This document shows, in pieces, positions 23,193 to 34,400 of a stretch of 64,000 nucleotides of DNA (position 1 is the stretch's first letter; every line of letters begins with the position of its first letter). The position numbers and the translations under genes were made by a program. Under the pieces are notes generated by a model that ran no database searches, was not told the DNA's origin, and worked only from the letters and a program-made list of their open reading frames with translations. This DNA comes from Antechinus flavipes (taxonomy: Eukaryota), in NCBI RefSeq assembly GCF_016432865.1, contig NC_067400.1, positions 616,776,001 to 616,840,000 on the forward strand, read 5' to 3'.

Positions 23193-26100
23193 GGCGGGGC
23201 GCTCGGGGGGCGGGCTGGGCCGCGCTGGGCTCCCGGGCTCCGGGGTACACCCGGAGGCTCCGGGGAAGGGGCAGGGGAGGGGGGCCCGGAGCTCTGGTCA
23301 GATCTGGGGCCGGACCCGCCCCGTGGAGGGCTGCAGTTTCCTTCTCTAGGGGCAGGGGGAGGGGGCACGGGAGGGGGCGGGGACTCCGCCGGGGTCCCGC
23401 CCCCTTCTTAGTTGGGGGTGCTCGGGCCCTCCCCCTGCCCCCGCCCCCCGCCTTTGGGCTCCCCCTCGCGGTCAGACGCGCCTGCCCGGCCAGCTCAGCC
23501 GCCGCCTCAGCTGCCGGCCGCTGGAACGTTACGCTTTCCCTCCTGTGGTTACATTTCGTTCCAAGATCCCAACCTGCTTCCTTAACCACCCCCCATTAAC
23601 CCCCCCTCCCCGCCCTCCACACACTCGGGGCGCCCACAATGCCTCGCGCCTTAAAGGTTCCGGGCGTCCGGTAAGCCCCGGCCCGCTGCCCCTTGCCCTT
23701 CTCCTTGCTGGCCCCCGTCCCACACCGGTCACTCTCCTTTCCGCACACTTTCGTGGGTAAGGGTCGGGGGGGGGGGGGGCGGGAATCAATCATGTGTAGC
23801 AGTATCCACTCCCCCCATTCTCCTTCCTCCCCTCCCTTCACCTGACCTGAGCCAGCCCCGCCCCCACTCGGGGGAAGGTGAGGAGGAGGAAGTAGGTGTG
23901 GACCGGGATGACTAAGAGACTGTCTCAGGGACCTGCGAGGGCGGGGAAGGGCGGGACGCCTGGCTTCCAGGCTCAACCCCCTCCCCCACCCGCCTCGATT
24001 TCCCCCTCTGCACACAAACGGCCCGTTAGAAGAGAGAAGAGACGGAGCCCGTTTAACTTCGTTTCCCCCTGTTCTGGCCTGCCGGGAGTTCCCTGAGGGT
24101 TCTGAGTTCCCGGTCCTCATAAAGTCTGAGTGCAGAGGACTCTGGGAGGAAAACCTCGCGTTGGGGGTCAGAGGGCTTGGGGGTCGAGGTTGGGCTCTAC
24201 TTCTGATCCCCTCTAACGCTTCAAGCAAACCCCTGCTCCTTCCGGGGCGTCAGGCTCTCCTCTTCGCGTGTCCAATCAATCGATCCGCGAGTTTATTTAG
24301 TAAGTGTGCCAGGCGCTGTTATTCCACAGCCCATTAGAACGTGCTTTGTTTCTGCCCTGACTGCCGGGAAGTCATGAGAGGGAGCAGTGGCCACTCTGAA
24401 AACTCGGGACTTTTCTTAAAAAGCGTGTTTCTTCCCCCAAAGTAACGGGGGCTCCTAGCTGCGCGGTCCCCAGGGAGTGATCTCACGGGTGAAGCCTCTG
24501 ACTTCTCCAGAGCCTTCTTCCACAGAAGCTCCCCTTAGGGAGCTTAGAGTGCCCCCTATAGTGTACTGGGTCTCAGGTTTTGTATATTTTGGGGATGGAT
24601 ACGTATATATATTTATACACAAACACCACCATATCTATATAAAATCTCCTGTGCTTTAATACCTCTAGGGCTCTGGTTTCATCCCTGTGAGTTCTTGCTC
24701 CAGGCCCACAGCTCAGAAACCTCTATCTAACTTCAGCAGGGCTTCCCTCACCTTGTGGCCAAAGCGCTCCCGAATCTCTCCGAACTGCAGTAGCCTGGTC
24801 CTCAGACAGCAGGCCTTCATTCCCTTTCCCATTTTTTTTTTTTAACGAAATGGGACATTCTCTGTCCAGCACCCAGTTTCCCTTTGAGGACTCTAGCATT
24901 TAGCAAAGTCCCTGGAGCATGTCACACAGCTATTAAGCATTAAGTCTCTAAGGTCAAATGTGAACTCAGGTTCTCCAATGCTCTACCCACTGTACCATCT
25001 AGCTGCTCCCTCTCCCCCTTAAGGAATGCTTTTTGATTCCAGGGGTCTGTCTCCTTTAATCCACATTTCTGCTAGCTGAACATTCTGGGGATGGCTGGGT
25101 GAACATTGAGGCAATATTGAATCCCACTTTCTAAGGGGAAGGCAAAGATAGAAGCATTTATAATCTACTTTGTGCCCAACACCCTACTAAATGCTTTACA
25201 AATCTCTCATTTAATTCTCCCAACAGCCGAAGGTTTTCATCTTTATCTTCATTTTACAGTTAAGTAAACAGGTAAACTGAGGTGAAAAGTTAAGTGACTG
25301 GCCCAGGTCACTATAGCTAGCTAAGTACCCTGAAGTCTTCGTGACTTTTTATTCATTATACCATCTAGCTGCTTCTCTAAAGCAGAGAAATTAGGATTCT
25401 AATCCTGGCTATGACCTTAACTTGCTGTTTGATCTTTAGTAAATCCTCCCCCTCCCTGAAGTCTAAGGGAACAAAATTTACCTGGTTCTGAGTCCTGAGA
25501 TTCCCTTTCCTCTATTTTTTGAAAGGGTTCACATTTCTCCTTTCAAATGTCTTCATGTTGAGGGAACTTGAAAAAGGGGAAGTCTGCTCTTAGTCTTAAT
25601 CATTTTTATTTCCACAGGGTTGGTCAGTCCCATGGTGAGGGGGTGGGGGTGGAGGACTAAATAACTCTTTCTCCACTTGAGTCCTCAGCAGGCTGCTCGC
25701 CGAAGGAGGAGTCAGTCATTAAAGTTATTAAATTCTGGGAATACAAAGAAAGGCAAGAAGGATTTTTCTCTATAAGCTCACACTCTAATAGGGTTATCAG
25801 AGCAAGATTTTGCTTTTGGCCTGCTGACCCCCTCCCCCCCCAAGAAATTCTGGGCTTTCTCTTCCCTTCCACACTCACTTTGTTGCAGGCCTAGGGGCTT
25901 TGGGGGAGGGTAGGAAAGGAAGATTGGAGGTTAAAGGGACTCTAAAGGTCTTACAAATTTGAACACTTCCTCATTTTGGCTTGGTACATAGGAAGTGGTC
26001 AGTAAAAATTTCTTGGTCAACTTTCTAGAGTCTTAAAATTCTGTGTCTGAGATCTCATCCTATTATCAATCTAAGGTTCTAAAACACTAAGATTCCATTC

Positions 26101-26593
26101 AATTCAACAAACATCAAGTGCCTACTAGGCATTTGTGATCATTCACAACTACATGAAGGGCTCAAACACTTCCATCCCTATCAGTCCTGACCCCTGGGCA
26201 CACAGCTCAAAAGCCCCCTCTATATAATTTCATTTAAAGCCATCCTTATAACTTCGGGACCAAACTGTTAAGGAACCTCTCTGAACTCTCCAGCTTGTAG
26301 AGAGTTCCGCTAAGCAACTCCCACTAACACACTCTTCGAGAACCCCAGGGTAACTGCATGTCATGATGAGTCATCAGCAGGAGACTGGAGTGAAAATCTC
26401 CAAACTCCAATAACCTTGTAACCTTGAAGAAGCCACTTGATCGCTCATTGACTTAAGTTTCTTCATTTGAAAAATGGGTTAGACTGGATGACTTCCTTAT
26501 AGCTGTAAATTTATGATAGGTAGATTTATACAAAATAAAAAATAAAGCAGTTCCTTTCTACCTTTAAGGAGCTTACTTACATTCTTCTATGTG

Positions 26594-26600
<7 letters not shown>

Positions 26601-26640
<40 letters not shown>
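26601..26640. repeat. (TG)20 microsatellite
   Basis: Read directly. Confidence 0.95.
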
Positions 26641-26645
<5 letters not shown>

Positions 26646-27199
26646 ATTACAAGGTAGAGTGTATAGTGAAATAAATGGAAATATGAAGGAAGATATGAAT
26701 AAACAGAATACTTTCAGCTGGGGGGGAGTGCTGAGGTTATGGAAGCCTTTTTGGAAGAGCTGAGCCATGGTCACGGTCAGTTGAATGTATAAGTTTAAAA
26801 TTCCATGTTGCCTTAAGAGTTTCTAATTCTAGGAGCCTATGACTTAAAAAGTCTATTCTAACTGAATACGATTCTGACTTGGGGACTGAGAATCAGATTT
26901 AGAGGCCATCTCGTCCAATCCCGACACCCTAAGGGAGGGAAATGATTTGCACCGAGAAGTGTAAGTGACAGAGACAGGATCTGGCTCCCGATTCAGTGTT
27001 GGTGACACCCTCACAGTAAGATCAGAGACCTAGAGTTGGACCTCACCCAGAACTTTGGCCTTTTCTATTGCGTTTATCAAGCAATGTTGTAGATTACGGT
27101 TATCTCCCTAGTAAACATTACTGTTTACCTCCGTTATGGAAGAGACCGGTGTGTTATTTAAACTTGATGTTTCTCCCAACAATTCCCGGGGCATCCTTG

Positions 27200-28100
27200 G
27201 GCCTAAATAAAAGTTTAGCGAATGAATGAAAGTGGGCAAGCTCCCCCTGGCGGCGGTTACCTCGGAGCTACACCACATTCGGCCGGCCCGCCTTCCTTCA
27301 AAGGCTCGCCATCTCTAGGGCACGCCCCCGAGCTCCCGCGTGCCCCCCTCTCCCCTCCCCACAGTACATTGCTCTTCAAAAGGCTTAGGAGCTCCGTAGC
27401 GTCCTCAGTCCTTCTGCCAGGATCCTATGCCCTCCCTGGGCCTCAGGTCGAGTCCAGGCCTACTAAAGTTTCCTAGCCTTTTTTCCTGGTCTTCTCCCAG
27501 GTTCGGCCTCAGGCCCCGCCTGTGCACGCGCCTGGAAAGGCCCCACCCTCCGCGGCTCATGCCCCACCCTCTTTTCCTCAGGCCCGCCCCCTCCCCCTCC
27601 CCATCAAAGAGCCTTCCCCCACCCCCTCCACCCTCGCGCAGACTCCTTATCTTCCCAAGTCCACTCTCCGTCTCCAGGCTTGCGCAGGCGCGCTTGCTCA
27701 CGCCCCCCAGCCCAAACCCCGCCCCCGGCCCGGGGCTCGTGCTGCAGTCCCCCCACCCCCTTCTCCTTACTCCCCTCGGTCCCTGCTCGGGGCCCCGCCC
27801 GCCCTGGCCCGGAGGAGAGGGAGGGAGGGAGGCGGCGACGGTCTGCGGATGGCGGCGGCTGGGGCGGTGCCGGGGCGATGAGCACGAGGGGCCCCGGGCC
27901 CTGGGCGGCGCGGCCGGAGCGGGCCCGGGCGGGGCCATGGGCCAGGTGCTGCCTGTCTTCGCCCACTGCAGTGAGTCCCCCCAGTCCCTGGGGTAGGGGT
28001 GCCACTCGAGAAGGGAGGGGATTCCCGGGGTTGATGGGGTAAGGACAAAGAAAGAATTCCCTCCCGGCCGCCAATTAATGCAGCTTTCCCTGGGCCTCAG
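27200..28100 (+). promoter_or_regulatory. RTN2 upstream CpG-island promoter; CTCF-like motif at 27240-27253 (- strand)
   Basis: CpG-rich with GC boxes; minus strand reads CCGCCAGGGGGAGC. Confidence 0.65.
27937..27970 (+). CDS. RTN2: RTN2 exon 1
   Basis: GGGGCCATGG context; MGQVLPVFAHC; donor A|GTGAGT. Confidence 0.94.
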
Positions 28101-28449
28101 TTTCCCCCCTTGGTCAAATGAAAGGGTTAGACTCGGTGATCTCTAAGCGCCTTCCAGTTTTAAACAGAACGGACTTTCTAGAGCCAGGTCCCTGCCCCGA
28201 TAGAACGGAAAGGGACCGAGAGAGACCCGGCAAGACCCGGAGCTGTCCCTAAGCCCTGGTGCTGATCCTAGGAAAAGGCCTAGGATGAATGGGGGAGGGG
28301 AAGACTGCCATTCCCCGCCCCATCCCTCCCCCTTCTCCCTTTCCCAAGACTCCCTGAGACAAATCCCGGGCCACCGCCTCTAAGGGGCAGTCTCGTCCAC
28401 CCACACCTCTCCAGCTTTAGACAAGTGCTCGAAAGCGCGCGCGCGCGCG

Positions 28450-28493
<44 letters not shown>

Positions 28494-31400
28494 GCCTCCA
28501 ATACCCCCATCTTTCATGTTAGATTTGGGATTAATTTTTCTAGGCTAGAGCAGTGTCAGCTGCTTCTCACTCCCTACCGCCGACCCTTGCCCCCCATTTG
28601 CCGGTACAGACGCATCACAGGAACTGGGTTCTAGCCCTGAATCGGTCTTTTCTTATAGTGCAACCTTGGGCAAACTTCTATATTGGCTTCTGTTTTGTCT
28701 ATAAAATTAGAGAGGATCAGATGGTACCCGAAGTCCTTCACTGGCCTGACATTCTGCTTTCTAGGGCCACTTCTGGCACTAAGAAACTGGAAGGCTACGA
28801 TGCTAATGTTCTCAAAGTTTAAAATCCTAGGAGTCTAAGTTTCTACACTCCCGCAATTCTAAGAATCGAAAATACCAAGATTCAAAGCATCCAAGACTCT
28901 GAACTTGGTGATTCTAAGTGTTTGAGATTTCTGGGCTGTGTGTCTAAGGCTGTAATTCTTTCTTAGAAGAAGCACCATCCACTGCCTCCTCCACCCCTGA
29001 CTCCACAGATGGTGAGTAGACTGCTTCCATTTCCCTTATGACAGGGACATTTGGGGATGCTAAATGGGAGGGGGAGAGGGCAAAGAGTTCCCAGGAGGGA
29101 TGAAGGCACGGGAAGTCGGCNNNNNNNNNNNNNNNNNNNNNNNNNNNNNNNNNNNNNNNNNNNNNNNNNNNNNNNNNNNNNNNNNNNNNNNNNNNNNNNN
29201 NNNNNNNNNNNNNNNNNNNNNNNNNNNNNNNNNNNNNNNNNNNNNNNNNNNNNNNNNNNNNNNNNNNNNNNNNNNNNNNNNNNNNNNNNNNNNNNNNNNN
29301 NNNNNNNNNNNNNNNNNNNNNNNNNNNNNNNNNNNNNNNNNNNNNNNNNNNTACAAGATATCTGCATGGTTAATTTTACAGCATTGACAATTGCCAAACC
29401 TTTTGTTCCAACTTTTCCCCTCCTTCCCCTCACCCCCTCCCCCAAATGGCAGGTTGACCGATACATGTTAAATATGTTAGAGTATAAGTTAAATACAATA
29501 TATGTATACATGTCCAATGTATTTTGCTGTACAAAAACAATCAGACTTTGAAATAGTGTACCATTAGCCTGTGAAGGAAATCAAAAATGCAGGCGGACAA
29601 AAGTATAGGGACTGGGAATTCTATGTAATGGTTCATAGTCATCTCCCAGAGTTCTTTTGCTGGGTGTAGCTGGTTCGATTCATTCCTGCTCCATTGGAAC
29701 TGATTTGGTTCATCTCATTGTTGAAGATAAGCCCATTCTTTCTAAGATGAAATGAGGAAGTACTGCTGGGATGGGAGAAAATAAGGTCATGGTCATTTAG
29801 TGCAGGTGGGGAGAAGACAGATCAGGAGCTGCTGAGGGAAAACCCCAACTCTGGTAGTAACCTGTTTTGACCTTGGGGAAGGAAACAGCCTCAGTTGCTC
29901 ATGTGTAAAAATGAAGAAGTGGGAATAGGTGATTTGTAAGTTCCATTTTATATCTAAAATCTTATGGATATGGGAGCATCTTCGACTTTGGAGAGGAACC
30001 TGACATTTGGGTATGGTGAGTGACTGATGCTAAGGAGAAAGCAGTTCAGAGGCTGTGTCCTTTCAGGTGGCAACGAGGATTCGGATTTCCGGGAGCTGCA
30101 CACTGCCCGGGAGTTCTCGGAGGACGAGGAGGAGGAGACGACGTCGCAGGACTGGGGGACCCCCAGAGAGCTGACCTTCTCCTACATCGCCTTCGAAGCC
30201 GGGGGCAGCCGCAGGGACTCTGTCCATCGCCGGCCTCGGCCCTCCGGCCGCTCCGAGCCCCGGGAACCAGGCCCACCCGGTCTGGGAGACAGCTTGGAGA
30301 GCATCCCCAGCCTGAGCCAGTCTCCGGAACCTGGACGGCGGGCTGCCCAGGAAGGTCCTCCTCAGGCCGAACTTCGGCTCCGCTTGGACCAGCTGGCCTG
30401 GGAGTCGGGGCTGGCGACATCAGAGGACTCGACTAGCAGTCCCTCGGAGGAGGAGGAGGACAAGGATCAGGAGGAGGAGGACAGACCTGAGCCCAGACTG
30501 GCTGGGGAAGGTACGCCAGAAGGGCAAGGTTGAGGAGGTTCAAGCTTTCCTGAAGGTGGGTTGGAGTCTGAGAGAGGGGCAGAGACGTGGATTCTTAGAA
30601 ACTATCAGAATCTTGGAGAAGAGAGGAACCGAATGTGGGAAGGGAAGGGTCCCTAGCGCCGAGATATCTTGGTGGAGGGGAAGAGGGGAGATGTACCCTT
30701 AAGGGGAAGTTCATCCACTCATTTCCCTCTTTTTTGCCTAGAAGACTTAGAAGTGCCATTCCCCACAGCTGAGCCCTCGCTGCCTGAGGTCTGTTGGCCA
30801 CATCTCAACCCACAGCCAGAAACTCCGACCCTCCAGACCCACACACCTTCCCCGCCTCTTTCTCTGAGATCTCGGGACTCTAACTCTTGGCGGGAAGAGG
30901 AAGATCAGGAAGAGGAGGGGGAGGTATGGGGAACAGCTGAGCGAGAACCAATCACCGGGCAGTGTCTGGAAAGCTTGGACCAATCAGGGATCACTCTAGA
31001 AATTCAGGTCCTAGGTAAGTATATGCCTTTCTGACCTGGATGGTCCTGGGGAAGTGGGATTTAGAGATCTTGCCTGCCTGGAAGAAACCAATGAGCAAAG
31101 AGTAACAGGGAAGAGTACAAAGGCTGAGCTAGATAGTGAGCTAAACACCAGTATTTATTCAGGGAGTCAGGAAATAGTGTGGACATGATAGCATGGAATC
31201 ACTCAAGGAACACTCTGAAGATGAACCGCAGGCTGGATATACGAGAGGGGAAATCCAGTCTTGCTTAAGGATAGAAGGGAGGACGAAATTCCAGGGATGG
31301 ACTTCCATTGGCTTTTCTGTAGATCATCAGCTCTTTTCATCCTGCCCCTGTGTCCCCCAACTTCTACTCCGTTTCCCCTCCTCTTTCCCCCTTTTCCATT

Positions 31401-34400
31401 CCCACTATCTTCCAACTTTCACAGTTTTCTCCCTCTTCCCTCCTTGTGCCCTCTTCCTTCTTTACCTCCACTTCCCATTCAATCGTTCAGTCAGTCAACA
31501 GCATTAGTTTAATCTTTATTGTGTCCCAGGAATTAGACTAAGAGCTGGAATACNNNNNNNNNNNNNNNNNNNNNNNNNNNNNNNNNNNNNNNNNNNNNNN
31601 NNNNNNNNNNNNNNNNNNNNNNNNNNNNNNNNNNNNNNNNNNNNNNNNNNNNNNNNNNNNNNNNNNNNNNNNNNNNNNNNNNNNNNNNNNNNNNNNNNNN
31701 NNNNNNNNNNNNTAACTTTAGAGAGAAAGGCAATAACAGGATGGGAAGAAACCAGGAAAGGACTCCTGTAGGGAAAAACAAATTGAGTCTTTTCTTTTCT
31801 TTTTTTTTTTTTTTTGTAATCAGGGTTAAGTGATTTGCTCAGGGTCACAGATCAGTAAAGTCTGAGGTTGGATTTGAACTCAGGTCTTCCTAATTGCAGG
31901 ATTTATGTATGTTCTATCCACTACACCATCTAGCTATCCCTTGAACTGAAACTTTTTTTTTTGAGGTAATTAAGATTAAATGATTTGCTCAGGGTCACTG
32001 GTCTGTGACCCTGAAGTTGAATTTGAACTCAGGCCCTCCTGATTTCAGGACTAGTACTTTAACCATTGCACCATCTAGCTGTCTCTTGACAGGTCTTAAA
32101 GGAAGCCTGGGAAGAGGTGAAGGTCACAGGACAGAACCTTTCAGGCATTGAAAAGGCATCGAGTCTAGAAATGGAGATAGTAGGTTAATGTCATATCCAG
32201 AATATATGAAGGGAAGAACGCTATAAGAAGACCGGAGAGGTGGGAAGGGAGGGCAGGTGGCGAAGGGCTTTAAATGCTGCCCAGAGGAATTGATATTTGA
32301 TTGAGGAGGCAAGAGGGAGTTGATTGCGAGTTGATTCCCCTCGGTTTTGGGGAAGGCGCTTTGACAGCTGCGTGGAGGATAGTAGCCTGGAGTGGGGAAA
32401 GTGAGGTCAGTGGGGGGGGGGTTGAAGTCAGGCTGTCCAGGTTGAAGGTGGTGAGCGCCTGAACCTAGATGGCTGCTGGCTGGATGTCCAGGTGACGTAG
32501 AGGAGAGATGACATAGAGGAGGGTAGGGATGGTGAGAAGAGACAACAAAATGGACCTGGGGGGAGCGAGAGCGGAGTCAGGGTGATACTGAGGTTGCTGT
32601 AATTTCCTCCTTCCCTCCTTCCCCCCCTGCCCCATTTGTCCTCTTGCCTATCCTCTCCCACGGGGACCGCTACTCGTTAATTATAAATACTCCCTGTCCT
32701 CTTCTAAAATAACCCAACTTTCACTGGTCTATTGGCAAGTTCCAAGCAATCCCATCCTCCCTTTATCCTCCTACCAAGTTTGTTGGTCTTTTCTCCACTA
32801 GGGGACGCTAGAGAAACAAGCTTGGGATGGTTTGCTATCCAGGCCCGTCTCCTCCCCTTGCTACTGTATTACATTACGTAGCCCTTTGTCGTTGCCATTG
32901 GTTGGCGGTAGATCCTGCCCCCCTCTGCCTTCCCCTGATCTCGTTTTTTGTCGTTGTTCCTTTTTTTAAGAGTACCACCTTTAGCTCGTTATAAATAGAC
33001 CTTGTCCTCTTCTCCCCTTTCCCCCCAACTCTCCTACTCTTTCCTTCCTTCCCCGCCAGAGGGCTCCAGAGCACCATTGGCGAAATAGGATCAAATCCCG
33101 CCTCTCCCTGTTCTTTTTATCTCCTGATTGGGTGATCCAAAGCGTCCCTATTGGCTGATCATAAATAGACCACACCCGTTTCGTATCTCTAGCCCGTCAT
33201 CCCCTGACTGGCCATAATTAGGATCTATCCATCCTGCCATTTCTCGTTCCTTTTATTTCCTACCTTCTCTCCTCAATTTGAGGCTCTGCTTCAGGCTTCT
33301 CCCCCCAAACCTTCCTTTTTCTGGCAGCCCTTCCCCGGGCCAGCTCCATTGGCTAAACGTAGCGAAGCCACGCCCCCTTTGTGCCTTTCTCCGCCTTCAC
33401 TAGAGCCCTCACTGCCCTGTTTTTCTCTCCCCCCCACCCCACCACTGGCGGTCTCTTTTTATTTCCTAAATAGTCCCGCCTTCCAAGTTTTTATCCCTCT
33501 TCCCATTTCATTGGCTCGCTCTGAGATCTTGAATCGTCCCCACTGGCTGATTTAAAGAAGATTCCCCGCCTCCTTGAGTAACTTCACCCCCTTGCCTTCT
33601 ATGGGCTCCTCTTGCCACTCTCCTCCCACCTAAGGGATCCTGGAGCTCGATTGACAAGACCCTGCCCCCCGGGGGGCTGTCTCACCCTTGGCTTTTTCCT
33701 GGTCTCCACTAGGGGGCTCCCGGGCGCAGCTATTGGTCGATTTCAGAGAGCCCCGCCCCCTGCCTTGCCCCCTCCCTCGCTCCCTCCCTTTCTCCTCCGA
33801 CCCCTCCCCCCTTGTTTCTTGGAGCTCCATACCCCTCGGACCGCTGCTGCTCCGCCCTGACCCCCGGCCGCCGAGATGGGAGGCAGCAAAGGTGGGGATG
33901 GGTGGGGGAATGGAGGGGAGCATGATCTGCTGTGTGAGCTTGGATGGGCCCTCGCCCCTCTCTGTACCTCAGTTTCTCCATAGGAAAACTCCTCCCCAAA
34001 GGAGGGGAGGGGTCAGGCTCTGGTCCCTCAAAGCCCCATTGCCCTGTGGGCCGTAAGGTGGAGGGGGGGTCCACTAATCCCCTGGGGAGAGCCCTAAGAA
34101 GAGGCTGGAAAGAGGGGGGAATCTCTTCTCAAGCTCCTCACCGGGGCCCTTTGGATCAGGGGGTTCCCGGGCCCCTCTCCCTTCTCCGAGAGGCTCCATT
34201 CGCTGCCAGTGTGACAGATGGGGCTGTCACTCAGCGAGGAGGGAGGTCGGACAGCTGCGGGAATCAGACACCAGCTCCCCTCTACCGCTCCCCAGAGTCC
34301 AGCCTAAACTTAGTCCCCACCTCTGGCGACCCAGCCTCTCTCCCCACCCCACCCCACCCCACCCCCACTGTCCTCCCCTCACACCAGCCACGGGATCTAA

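Noticed and set aside
33713-33891. Alternative RTN2 exon 5 using the acceptor at 33711-33712
   Set aside because: The 179-nt exon shifts the frame relative to exon 6.
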